A stretch of DNA of 64,000 nt from Thermoanaerobaculia bacterium (GCA_035629395.1 DASPHZ010000079.1:693-64692), one strand, 5' to 3'. Counted from the stretch's first letter, positions 29,317-39,064 are shown. The notes: a model not told the origin generated them from the letters alone. Numbers and translations are program-made.

Positions 29317-30349
29317 CACGGCAATCTGATTTACGCGCCGCCCGCGGGCACGCAGTCGTGGTCGTGGCAGGCGGCGAAGACCATCGTCGGCTCGGCCGAC
29401 ACGAACCACCACGAGCTGATCGCCCACCTCGGGCGCACGCACCTCTTCGTCGAGCCGTTCATCGTGGCCACGCACAAAGTGCTGGCGGCCCATCATCCGG
29501 TGTCGCTGCTCCTCCGGCCGCATTTCGAAGGGACGATCTTCATCAACTGGGCGGCCGTGCGATTCCTGATCGACGACGGCGGGGGAGTGGACCAGCTCCT
29601 GGCGGGTACGATCCAGTCGTCGCGGAAGGTGGCGGTGGAATCGGTCACCGGGATGACGTTCGACGACGCGATCGTGCCGCGTGCGCTGGCCGGCCGCGGG
29701 TTCGGCAGCAACGTGCCGTTCGCGTTTCCGTATCGCGACGACGCGATGGCCGTGTGGGGTGCGCTCCGCGACTGGGTGGCATCGTACCTCGCGCTCTTCT
29801 ACGCGAACGACGCCGCGGTGCAGAACGACGGCGCGCTGCAGGCGTGGGCGGATCTCGTCCGCGCGGACGACGGAGGACGCGTGAAGACCTTCCCCGCGCT
29901 GCAATCCATCGACGTCCTCGTGGATGCGTTGGCGGGAATCATCTTCACGGCCAGCGCACAGCACGCGGCGGTGAACTTCCCGCAGGCGCCGGTGATGGCG
30001 TACACACCGACGATGCCGGGCGCGGGCTATGCCGCGGTGCCGGACGCGGTCGCTTCGACGAGCGAGCCGCAGTGGCTGAACGTCCTCCCGCCCATCGACA
30101 TGGCGGGCGCTGCAGCTCCGCATCACGTACGCGCTCGGCTCCGTGCACTACACGACCCTCGGCCGGTACCCGTTGGGATGGTTCCTGCGGAGCGGACACC
30201 CGGCCGCCATTCAGGAGCGCCTGAGCTCATTCCATCACGCGCTGTCGACGGTCGAGGCCGCGATCGACGCACGCAACGCGGGACTCCCGCCGGCTTTCCA
30301 GTACCCGTACCTCAAGCCTTCGCAGATCCCGCAGAGCATCAACATCTGA
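29317..30349 (+). pseudogene. lipoxygenase remnant: C-terminal half only, plus one frameshift near 30100-30112
   Basis: Iron-ligand region HHELIAHLGRTHLFVEPFIVATH and LLRPHFEGTIFIN. After a frame change, the canonical C-terminus YPYLKPSQIPQSINI-stop (terminal Ile). There is no start codon and no N-terminal ~300 aa. Confidence 0.8.
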
Positions 30350-30354
30350 TTTGC

Positions 30355-30392
30355 AAAAAAGGCCGGGCGAGGAGTGTGCTCCTCGCCCGGCC
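30355..30392 (-). terminator. rho-independent terminator of the metalloprotease gene
   Basis: 14-bp perfect stem GGCCGGGCGAGGAG/CTCCTCGCCCGGCC with loop TGTG, followed on the minus strand by TTTTTT. It lies 10 nt beyond the stop at 30403. Confidence 0.85.
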
Positions 30393-30402
30393 TCCGTTCC
30401 GG

Positions 30403-33400
30403 TCACTGGCAGGAAGTGTCCGGGACGGAAACGATGATGTTGCTGGTGGTGACGTTGTCGACCCACGCGCCGGCGGGGCCCGCTTCGACCAGAGGATCCG
30501 AACCGAAGCGGAAACGGATCTGGCCTTTGCGTCCCGCGTAAGCGGAGAGATCGGCGTCGAAGCGGGTCATGAGCGGCGAGACGCCGGCGAACATCGGCGA
30601 GCCTGCACCGACGCATGACGTGCTGGCGGAAACACCGGCGTAGCCCTGCGTCAGCGGAAGCGTGTGCCACGACTGCCCGCCGTCGAGCGTGATCTGGATG
30701 TCCAGACCATCGAGGAAGCCTTCGACCGGCGTGCCTTCGGTGACGTACGCCAGGTCGAATGACATCGCCGAATTCGCGGAGAACTCCATCTCCCCTGACG
30801 TCAGCGTGTCGCACTGATCGGCGGTGTAGCCGGAGTGGAAGACCGTAGTCAGGTTGCCGGTCGTCGGAGCCAGTCCGCGCGCCCACAGCCCCTCGGGCAT
30901 CCAGCCGTCGTTGCTGCCGTCGAACGTGGCGAGGTGTGTGGTGGTGACGAGGTCGCGGTTGACGACGACGTCGAGCGCGCGCGCCGCGGGCTCGAGGCGT
31001 TCCGTCGACCAGCTCGTGGCGGTGAACGTCGCGTCCGTGGCGTGCGGCGCGGATCCGACGGAGACGGTGAAGCTGGCCGTCGACGAAGCACCAACCGCGA
31101 GCGAGCCTACGTTCACGGTGTCCGTGAGGACCATCAGCGCCGGATGATCGGCGGCCAGACCGACGCGCGCGTTCGTAGCCGCACGGTCGCCGCGGTTCTT
31201 GACCGTAACGGTGACGCGGAGCGTCTCGCCCGGATCGGGCACGCCGTCGCCATCGCCGCAGGTGGTGAGGCTGTCGTTGTCGATGACGATGGACTCGGGA
31301 CGCACGTACGTATCGGCAAAGACGCTGCAAAGTGAGTCATCGAGCGGCAGCGTGACCGGGACGGCGAAGCAGCCCTGATCCGACGTCACGTCGAGCACGA
31401 GCTGCAGCGCGCTTCCGCAGAGAGATCCATCCGTATCGATGGTGATGCCGAACGACTGATCCGGACCGCCGACGGCTCCCGCGGCGATGCTGCCGTACGT
31501 CGACGGCGTGGACGAGATCACGACGACGCCCGTCGTGACCGAGCGCAACGTCGCCGAGACGTTCGTCAGCGCGCCGAGGCCGTGGTTGCGAAGTGCGATG
31601 AAGAGCGTCGCCTGCTCGCCCGGATCGAGATCGCCGTCGCTGTTACCGCCGACGAGATCGGTGATCACGATGTTGTTGATCGCCGGTGCCGGCTGCGAGA
31701 CCGTGATCGACTGCACGCCGCCGCTCGAGACGGCGAAGCAGCCGCCGCCGCGGTTGGCCTGTACGCGGTAGTAGTACGTGACGCCGTTGTCGATGCCGAT
31801 GTCGGTGACGCTGTTGCCGGTGGTCACGCGCGCGACTTCGAGGAACACGTCGTCGCGGCGTTCGGTACGCAGGACGCTGTACGACGTCGCACCCGGCACC
31901 GAGGTCCAGGAGATCGTGATCGACGGCGTGCCGGTCGGCGAGTGGGTGGCCTGCGCGAGCGTCACGGCCGGCGTGCCCGGCGCGGTGCAGTTCTTCGCGT
32001 CGACGGCAACCGAGGGGGAGGTCGTGCCCGGCGCCCATTCTTCGTTGCCGTGATGCACGTAGGCGTCGTTGATGTAGGCCGCGTGCGGAGTGCCGTTCGC
32101 GAGACCGTCGCCTTCGTCGTCCGCGATCATGAAGCCGTCGTACGCGGAGACGCCCTGCACCTGGAAGCGCGACGGCGCATACGACGCCACCACCGGACGC
32201 GATTCGAAGTAGAGCTGCTCGAGGATCGTCCACGCGACGTCGCGGCCGAAGCCGGGGTTGCCGGCCGGCAGCGTATCGCCGTCGAACGTGCGGTGCTGCT
32301 TGTTCGCGTCGAGCGTGACCGTGCCGTACTTGCGGCCGGTCTCGAGGTTGTACGCGAGATGCCAGCTCACCTGGCCCCACAGCTCGCCTTCGCAGTGACC
32401 TTCGCCGAGGAGCGGTCCGATGTAGTACGGGCTCGTGGTGACCGCGGCGCACGTCGTGGTGACGTTGGTCGTGGTGAGGCGGCCGGTGGTCGTGCGGTGT
32501 TCGTCGAGATTGCGCACGCCGTCGCAGTCCGCAATCGCGCCGGTGACCGGATCGGTCACGTAAGGACCGCTGCTGGAGTTGTAGAACGACTGGCCGACGC
32601 ACGCGTCGTGATCGACGAAGAGCGCCACGTGGTCGGCGACCGCTTCGCCCGTGGCCATGTCGCCGAGGCCCGCGGCGTAACCGGGATCTTCACCGTCGTT
32701 GTCGTCGAGGCCGTGCCCCCATTCGTGCTGCATGACGTCGCGGATCTCGCCGGTGTTGCGGCATTTGATGATGCTGCTGCCGGACGCGAGCTCGCCGGCC
32801 TTGAAGAAGTTCAGGCTCGAGCCGTCCCAGAACGCGTTGCAGACGTCGTTGATGTTCACCTTCACCGGGACCTTCGTGTCGAGCCACGGGAGGTTCATCC
32901 ACTTGAGCGCGATCATGCGCGCGACGTTCGTGTGGAAGAACGCGGTGCGATCCGCGGGCGTCGACGTGCCGTTGCCGTACGACGTCGTCGGCTGATCGGG
33001 GCCGAGGACGACGTCGCGGCCGCCGGTGCCGAGGTTGATGAGACCGTTCGTCGATTCGGCGTACGGCTGGAACCCGGCCTGCGGGTCGGCTTCGGACTTT
33101 ACGCAGTCCTCGCAGCTGGTGTCGAAGAACGTGCCGTTAAGGCCCGTCGACGCCTTGCCGCCGCCCCATACGAAGCTGCCGTTCGCGTTCGCCGATTCGC
33201 CGCCATTGACCTCGGCGAACGGAAACGAGCGCACGATTTCCGTGTCGGTCGCCTGCGCCGGCTTCACACCGCCGACGACTTTGCCGCCGGTGCCGGCCGT
33301 GCAGGCGGCGTAGCGGTTGGAGTCGCCGAAGGCGATGACGGCGCCGGTCAGCGCGTCGACGTGCGCGACCCACGTGGAGCGCCCGCCGTCGAGACGGAAC

Positions 33401-34086
33401 GCGAGCTCGTACGTGAGGCGATAGGTGAGGAGCGTGCCGAGGGGACCGTTCATCGGGAGGAACTTCAGCTTCGGTTCCTGGAGAACGTCGATCGCGGACT
33501 GCGTCACGCCGGCATGCACGAGCGTGGCGGTGAGCGCCTGCGATGCGGAGAGCAGCGGCGTCGTGATCGCGGGCACGTTGGCGATGTTCGCGGAGTGCCA
33601 GTAAATGAGGTTGCCGTTGTTGACGGCGAACACGAGCCGCGCGTGCTCGACCGGGATGCCGGCGATCTTGTAGTCGAACGCGGCGTACATCACGCGTCCG
33701 CTGCGCACGGCGGTGGCGCCGGTCGGGTCATAGGTGAGGCCCGTGTTCGTCGCGCCGAAGAGAGAAGGGTTGGCGTCGATGAACGCGCGCGCCACGCTTT
33801 CGAGCTGCGCGGGATTCTTCGTCCACGGGATCGCTCCGCCGAAGACGCGGCGCGGACGGTTCGTCAGCGTGTCGAACTGCGCGGTCCAGTTGCCCCCGTG
33901 GGCGAGGTTCCACGCCGACCACGTCGGGCTGGCGAGATAGAGGTTGATCTTCGCGTTGTCGAGGAGCGGTTTGAGGGGAGGAAGGGCGACGGCTTTCGCG
34001 TCGAGGGATGCTTCCCGGATGCGAGGCTCGATGGCGAACAGCGAGCTGCAGACCAGGAGCAGGGCGATGACGAACCACTTACGCAT
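30403..34086 (-). CDS. secreted multidomain zinc metalloprotease (HExxH) with FN3, two CARDB-like domains and a C-terminal jelly-roll/MAM-like domain
   Basis: Signal peptide, propeptide-like N-terminus, VMQHEWGHGLDD, FN3 (SWTSVPGATSYSVLR...YYYRV), DLDPGEQATL and VPDPGETLRV segments. Confidence 0.8.
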   Translation of the reverse strand: MRKWFVIALLLVCSSLFAIEPRIREASLDAKAVALPPLKPLLDNAKINLYLASPTWSAWNLAHGGNWTAQFDTLTNRPRRVFGGAIPWTKNPAQLESVARAFIDANPSLFGATNTGLTYDPTGATAVRSGRVMYAAFDYKIAGIPVEHARLVFAVNNGNLIYWHSANIANVPAITTPLLSASQALTATLVHAGVTQSAIDVLQEPKLKFLPMNGPLGTLLTYRLTYELAFRLDGGRSTWVAHVDALTGAVIAFGDSNRYAACTAGTGGKVVGGVKPAQATDTEIVRSFPFAEVNGGESANANGSFVWGGGKASTGLNGTFFDTSCEDCVKSEADPQAGFQPYAESTNGLINLGTGGRDVVLGPDQPTTSYGNGTSTPADRTAFFHTNVARMIALKWMNLPWLDTKVPVKVNINDVCNAFWDGSSLNFFKAGELASGSSIIKCRNTGEIRDVMQHEWGHGLDDNDGEDPGYAAGLGDMATGEAVADHVALFVDHDACVGQSFYNSSSGPYVTDPVTGAIADCDGVRNLDEHRTTTGRLTTTNVTTTCAAVTTSPYYIGPLLGEGHCEGELWGQVSWHLAYNLETGRKYGTVTLDANKQHRTFDGDTLPAGNPGFGRDVAWTILEQLYFESRPVVASYAPSRFQVQGVSAYDGFMIADDEGDGLANGTPHAAYINDAYVHHGNEEWAPGTTSPSVAVDAKNCTAPGTPAVTLAQATHSPTGTPSITISWTSVPGATSYSVLRTERRDDVFLEVARVTTGNSVTDIGIDNGVTYYYRVQANRGGGCFAVSSGGVQSITVSQPAPAINNIVITDLVGGNSDGDLDPGEQATLFIALRNHGLGALTNVSATLRSVTTGVVVISSTPSTYGSIAAGAVGGPDQSFGITIDTDGSLCGSALQLVLDVTSDQGCFAVPVTLPLDDSLCSVFADTYVRPESIVIDNDSLTTCGDGDGVPDPGETLRVTVTVKNRGDRAATNARVGLAADHPALMVLTDTVNVGSLAVGASSTASFTVSVGSAPHATDATFTATSWSTERLEPAARALDVVVNRDLVTTTHLATFDGSNDGWMPEGLWARGLAPTTGNLTTVFHSGYTADQCDTLTSGEMEFSANSAMSFDLAYVTEGTPVEGFLDGLDIQITLDGGQSWHTLPLTQGYAGVSASTSCVGAGSPMFAGVSPLMTRFDADLSAYAGRKGQIRFRFGSDPLVEAGPAGAWVDNVTTSNIIVSVPDTSCQ

Positions 34087-34474
34087 TGAAGTTTCTCTCC
34101 TGCTTTTGAAGGACGATGAAAAACTGCCGGACCGTCAATCGAGGTCTTGCAGCGCCAGATCGGGATGAACCTGAAGACCGGGAACGCCGCCGACGCGGAC
34201 TCGGGGTTTGCCGCGCGAGGTGGGCGATGAGACGAAAGTTCCTGCCAGACGTCGTGTCATTGCTTGCCCTTTCCGTTAGTTGGTAGTGGTGCTACCGGCG
34301 CAGGCAAGTTGCAAGCCATGTCTTGTAAGTTATTGCAACGGCTGGAGATGGCGTGGTCGCGGTACTACCACCAAATTTGGAGACCGGCGTATTGGCCTCA
34401 AGCTGACGCTTTCGGGTGTCTTTTCGACGCGAGGTTTTCGGCGTCCAACGCCGGCGCGCGAAGCGCGCTCGGGA

Positions 34475-36748
34475 ATGGCATACTGTCGCCGCTACTTATT
34501 CGGTGTCACCCTCTTGAAAACGATCCGGCTGCTTTCTGCTCTGCTCGTCTGCCTCGTCACCGCGGGTCACGCGGCGGCGCAGCTCTATGCCCTGCCGGGA
34601 CGCAAGTCGACTTCGCCGACCCAGTGCTTCACCTGTCTCGGATCGAACGTGAACCTCCCCACCTGGCAGTACGACCGGCCGCTCTTCGCGCACGCCGGGC
34701 GGTACGTCGACTCGACGACGACCGGCAACATCCAGAACGTGGGGATGCGCACGGTGCGCGCGCGGCAGATCCGCGTATCCGAGGATCACAACCGCATCTT
34801 CATTGCCCTCGGTGAGGCGATCGGCTCCTACAGGCTCGACACCTTCTTCACCACCCACCTGCGCAAGCCGCTCGGCACGATGAGCCAGCTCCAGGTCACC
34901 GGCGCGGCCATCGGCGGACGCAGTCCGCTCGAGAAAGTCTCCGTCCCGCACCAGTTCTTCTACGCCGAGATGTCGAGCTCCTCGGGCTGGACCACCGGCT
35001 TTCAGGACGCGCAGGAAGTGCTCACCGATTTCGACGTCGACGACCGCGGCTACGTCTACATCGGCAACCATTACTGGGGTTGGGGCATCTCGCACGACAA
35101 CGGCGCCGAGAACGGCAGCCACATGGCGTACATGTTCCAGCAGCGGGAGCTGTCGATCCGCCCCGTGACCGTCTTCGCGTTCAAGCGCGGTGCGACCTAT
35201 TACGCCGTCGTCTCGGAGACTGTCCGCAGCGCGGGCGCGTATGTGCTCTACAACGTCACGAACCCGCAGGTGCCGATCGAGATCGCCCTGCGCAACAAGA
35301 CCAACAAGCTGCACGACGACAAGTACGGCATCATCGCCGTCGCGAAATACGGCGCTGGCGAGCGCCTCGGCCTCATCAACACCGACGGCCACGTGCGCAT
35401 CTACAGCTACGAAGGCTTCGTCAATGACGAGGCACCGCTCGCCGATTACACGCCGTCGGCCGGGAAGCGTTTTTCCAGCGTCGCCTTCGACGGCACGGGA
35501 CGCCTGTGGATCACCGAGACGTCGGATCAGATCGTGACGAACGTTCTGCATCGCGCGACGCCGTCCGGCAGTCTCTACACGAAAGAAACGCTCGACGTGT
35601 ACGGCACCGCGTTCTCGCCGGAGCATCTCGACGTCTCCACTGATTACGTGGCGGTCGGCGGACGCAGTCTGCTCGACGGCGTCAACGGCGGCGACATGCG
35701 CCTCTATCGCATCGTGAACGGCTCGCTCGAGCTGATGGACGACGGCGGCTTTTTCCGCCGCTACTACCACGTCGCGCCCGCGGGGTACGCGGATCCCGGC
35801 ATCTACACCGCGATGCATTCGTTCAAGCTCGTCGAGCAGGGCGGGAAAACGTACCTCGTGTACAGCGCGCGCGGTCTCGGCGACGTCTACGAGCTCGGCA
35901 CGAACGAAGAGCGCATCCCGACCACGATCTCGCTGCGCACCGAGGGGCCGGGGACGAACGTGCATCTCATCGCGACGGTCACCGCTTCTTCGATGGGCGC
36001 GGCACCGCTCGGCGGCGTCGTCACGTTGACGAAGAACGGACAGCCGCTCACGAATGCGACCGTGTCCGGTACGAACGATCCGCGCACGTTCATCGTGAAC
36101 ATCACGCGCGCGGACCTCACGTCGAACGCGGTGCTCGCGGCCTCGTACGAAGGCGATGCGCTGTACGCGCCGAGCGGCCCCGTGTCCCTGCAGTACTCGC
36201 CCGCCACTCTCGCCGCACCGACCGGGTTCACCGCTTCGGCGACGAGTCCGAATTCAGTGCAACTGACGTGGGACCCGCTTCCGGGCGTCGCGTATTACGA
36301 GGTGCTGCGCAAGGACGCGGGCACGAACTGGGTGCGCGTGACGAACGTCTCCACTCCGTCGTATCTCGACATTTTCGTGATCGCGAATCAGGCGTATCTC
36401 TATCGCGTGCGCGGCTACGACTCGCGCGCGGGCGCGGACAGCGTGACGGAGATCGCGACGACGTTTTCGTGGACCGACCATCCTCTCGGTGCGGGCTCGC
36501 CCGTCAAGGCCGTGCACGTCACCGAACTGCGCACCATTACGAACGCCGTGCGTCGCGCCGCGGGATTCGAAGAAGTCGCATTCGCCGATCCCCATCTCGC
36601 CCGCGGCGACAGCATCCGCCTTTTGCACGCCACGCAACTCCGTACCGCGATCGGGGAGATGCGGGCGGCTCTCGGACTCGCTCCGCTCGCGGCGGCGACG
36701 CCGTTTTCGCGCGACGACGTTTCCATCCTGCGCAACGGTCTGCAGTAA
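34475..36748 (+). CDS. secreted beta-propeller / Ig-like / FN3 protein with triple AVHxxELR C-terminal module (paralogue 1)
   Basis: Signal peptide ...LLVCLVTAGHAAAQ. About 45% identical to the next gene over the propeller part and about 80% over the Ig-like part. TTG at 34514 is an alternative start that aligns better with paralogue 2. Confidence 0.8.
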   Translation: MAYCRRYLFGVTLLKTIRLLSALLVCLVTAGHAAAQLYALPGRKSTSPTQCFTCLGSNVNLPTWQYDRPLFAHAGRYVDSTTTGNIQNVGMRTVRARQIRVSEDHNRIFIALGEAIGSYRLDTFFTTHLRKPLGTMSQLQVTGAAIGGRSPLEKVSVPHQFFYAEMSSSSGWTTGFQDAQEVLTDFDVDDRGYVYIGNHYWGWGISHDNGAENGSHMAYMFQQRELSIRPVTVFAFKRGATYYAVVSETVRSAGAYVLYNVTNPQVPIEIALRNKTNKLHDDKYGIIAVAKYGAGERLGLINTDGHVRIYSYEGFVNDEAPLADYTPSAGKRFSSVAFDGTGRLWITETSDQIVTNVLHRATPSGSLYTKETLDVYGTAFSPEHLDVSTDYVAVGGRSLLDGVNGGDMRLYRIVNGSLELMDDGGFFRRYYHVAPAGYADPGIYTAMHSFKLVEQGGKTYLVYSARGLGDVYELGTNEERIPTTISLRTEGPGTNVHLIATVTASSMGAAPLGGVVTLTKNGQPLTNATVSGTNDPRTFIVNITRADLTSNAVLAASYEGDALYAPSGPVSLQYSPATLAAPTGFTASATSPNSVQLTWDPLPGVAYYEVLRKDAGTNWVRVTNVSTPSYLDIFVIANQAYLYRVRGYDSRAGADSVTEIATTFSWTDHPLGAGSPVKAVHVTELRTITNAVRRAAGFEEVAFADPHLARGDSIRLLHATQLRTAIGEMRAALGLAPLAAATPFSRDDVSILRNGLQ

Positions 36749-36793
36749 CGGGAAAATGGCATACTGGGCCCTCCAATAGCCGGGGTCCAGAGA

Positions 36794-39037
36794 ATGCGTT
36801 TCATCGTCTTCGCAGTCGTGTGCCTGCTTGCAGCGCTTCCGGCGCCCGCGCAGTTCTGGACGTTCCCCGGCGCCAAGTCGGAGACGCCGACATGTTGCAC
36901 CGGCTGCCGCGATGCGGCGGAAGGCCTGTTGACGTGGCAGTACGAGTGGCCGATCGTGGCGCACACCGGTCGTTACGTCGACTCCACGAGGATCGGCATC
37001 TACCAGAATCCGTTCCGCACCGCCCGCGCGCGGCGCATCCGCGTCAACCGCGACTGGAACCGCGTCTACATCGCCCTCGGCGAAGCGATCGCCGCGTATC
37101 CGCTCGACACGTTTTTCACGACCGAGCTCCGCAAACCGATGGAGACGCCGAACTCGCTGGCGCTGAGCCAGCATCCGACCCGCAACCCGATCGAGAGCAT
37201 CGCCGTCCCGGAGCGGTACTTTTACGCCGAGTCGCCTCTGTCCGGGTGGATCTGCGGATCGCCGGACGCGGGTGACGTGCTGACCGACTTCGACAGCGAC
37301 GATCGCGGCAACCTCTACGTCGGCACGATCCAGTTCGGCTGGGGCTTTGCGCACGACGGGCACGTGATCCCCGGCCATCCCTCGTATCGCGGGATGATGG
37401 ATTACCGCGTGCAGGTGGCGTCGTCGATCGAGCCGACGAGCGTCATCTCGCTGAAGATCGGGAGGATGTACTACGCCGTGATCTCGCAGCACGTGGCCAG
37501 CGCCGGCGCGACCATGCTCTACGACGTAACGAATGACAAGACGACGCCGCGCGAGATCGCGTCGCGGCCGGGGGCGGACGACGAACGCAACGACAAATAC
37601 GGCATCGCGGCGTGGGCAAAGTACGAGGAAGGTCAGCGGCTGGCCCTGCTCAACACCGACGGGCACGTGCGCATTTACGACTACGCCGAGTTCATTGCGG
37701 ACGCCGAGCCGCTCGCGGATTTCACACCCGCGAGCGGGAAAAAGTTCGTGAGCCTCGCCTTCGACGACGAGGGAAAGCTCTGGTTGGCCGAGACAAGCCA
37801 GGACGTCGACAGAAACCACCTCTATCGCGTCACAGCGATCGACGGCGGCTACACGAAAGAGGCCTTCGACGTCTACGGCGGCCCTTTCTCACCGACCGTG
37901 CTGCACGTCGGCGGCGGCTATGTGGCGGTGGCCGGCAGGAGCCCTGCCGATCCGCTGGAGCGAAGCGGCGACATGCGCCTGCTGCGCATCACGAACGGCG
38001 AGCCCGTTCCCGTGTCCGACCGCGGTTTTTTTCGCAACTACTACGACATCGCGCCTTCCGGATACGCGACGCCGAGGATCTACACCAATCCGTACATCGG
38101 CCTGCGCTCGCTGCAGCTCGTCGACCAGGGCTCGAAGACCTACCTCATGTACAGCACCCTCGGCCTCGGCGACGTGTACGAGCTCAGTCGCGGCGAGAAC
38201 CGCATTCCCACCACCATCGCGCTGCGCACGGAGAGCAACGGCCCGAACGTGCAGCTCATCGCGACCGTCACCGCTTCCTCGATGGGCGCGGCACCGCTCA
38301 GCGGCGTGGTGACGATCACGAAGAACGGGCAGCCGCTGACGAACGCGAACGTCTCCGGCACGAACGACCCGCTGACGTTCATCGTCAATCTGCCGCGCAC
38401 CGATCTCACCGTCGCGGCCACGCTCGGCGCCGCGTACGAAGGCGACGATCTCTACGCGCCGAGCGGTCCGGTGTCGATCCAGTTCTCCCCCGCGGCACTG
38501 GCCGCGCCGACCGGCTTCCACGCAATCGCCACGACGGCCGCCTCCGTGCAGCTCACGTGGGACGCCGTCCCCGGCGTCGTTCTGTACGAAGTGCAGCGCC
38601 GCGGCAGCGGCGGTCCGTGGAGCGTGCTCGCCACGACCATCGCGCCGCTGTACCTCGACCTCACCGTGGCGGCAAACCAGGTCTACCTCTATCGCGTGCA
38701 CGCCGTCGGTACGACGGCCGGCCCCGATAGCGTCACCGAGCTCGCGAGCACCTATGCCCTCACCGACGACCCGCTGCACGAGGGCGCGGTCGTGCAGGCG
38801 GCGCACGTCACCGAGCTGCGCACGATCGTGAATGCCGCACGCGCCGTGGCGGGCATGGCTCCGTTCGCGTTCACCGATGCCGGGCTCGCACCGGGTGCGG
38901 TGATCCGCGCGGTGCACGCGAGCGAGCTGCGCACCGCGTGCGAGCAGTTGCGCGCCGAGCTGGGGCTCGCTCCGCTCGCCCCAGCCGCCGCCTTCTCGCG
39001 CGCCGACCTCCTCACCCTCCGCGCCGGCCTGCGGTAA
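36794..39037 (+). CDS. secreted beta-propeller / Ig-like / FN3 protein with triple AVHxxELR C-terminal module (paralogue 2)
   Basis: Signal peptide MRFIVFAVVCLLAALPAPAQ. Collinear with 34475..36748. Confidence 0.85.
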   Translation: MRFIVFAVVCLLAALPAPAQFWTFPGAKSETPTCCTGCRDAAEGLLTWQYEWPIVAHTGRYVDSTRIGIYQNPFRTARARRIRVNRDWNRVYIALGEAIAAYPLDTFFTTELRKPMETPNSLALSQHPTRNPIESIAVPERYFYAESPLSGWICGSPDAGDVLTDFDSDDRGNLYVGTIQFGWGFAHDGHVIPGHPSYRGMMDYRVQVASSIEPTSVISLKIGRMYYAVISQHVASAGATMLYDVTNDKTTPREIASRPGADDERNDKYGIAAWAKYEEGQRLALLNTDGHVRIYDYAEFIADAEPLADFTPASGKKFVSLAFDDEGKLWLAETSQDVDRNHLYRVTAIDGGYTKEAFDVYGGPFSPTVLHVGGGYVAVAGRSPADPLERSGDMRLLRITNGEPVPVSDRGFFRNYYDIAPSGYATPRIYTNPYIGLRSLQLVDQGSKTYLMYSTLGLGDVYELSRGENRIPTTIALRTESNGPNVQLIATVTASSMGAAPLSGVVTITKNGQPLTNANVSGTNDPLTFIVNLPRTDLTVAATLGAAYEGDDLYAPSGPVSIQFSPAALAAPTGFHAIATTAASVQLTWDAVPGVVLYEVQRRGSGGPWSVLATTIAPLYLDLTVAANQVYLYRVHAVGTTAGPDSVTELASTYALTDDPLHEGAVVQAAHVTELRTIVNAARAVAGMAPFAFTDAGLAPGAVIRAVHASELRTACEQLRAELGLAPLAPAAAFSRADLLTLRAGLR

Positions 39038-39042
39038 CGGAG

Positions 39043-39064
39043 CGCCGGCGTCCTCGCCGGTTTT
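39043..39064 (+). terminator. rho-independent terminator
   Basis: CCGGCG-tcct-CGCCGG followed by TTTT, 6 nt after the stop at 39037. Confidence 0.6.

Noticed and set aside
31582-34089. Long antisense or alternative-frame ORFs: 31582..34089 (+), 15572..17545 (+), 14655..16412 (-), 11012..13135 (-), 5222..6517 (-), 34496..35965 (-), 36254..37819 (-), 37889..39091 (-), 42947..44206 (-), 24188..26038 (-), 3179..4120 (-), 7444..8535 (-), 22397..23824 (-) and similar
   Set aside because: They are Arg/Ala/Gly/Asp-rich low-complexity translations opposite, or out of frame with, genes that have clear family motifs. This is the typical stop-codon paucity of high-GC DNA.
34476-34490. Reading the conserved TGGCATACTG box (also at 36757) as a sigma-54 -24/-12 promoter
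   Set aside because: The GG to GC spacing is N9 in one copy and N8 in the other, not the required N10. There is no TTGC -12 element.
34475-39037. Diversity-generating retroelement (template/variable repeat) explanation for the near-identical block in the paralogues
   Set aside because: There is no reverse transcriptase or accessory gene in the window. Differences between the copies are not adenine-specific.
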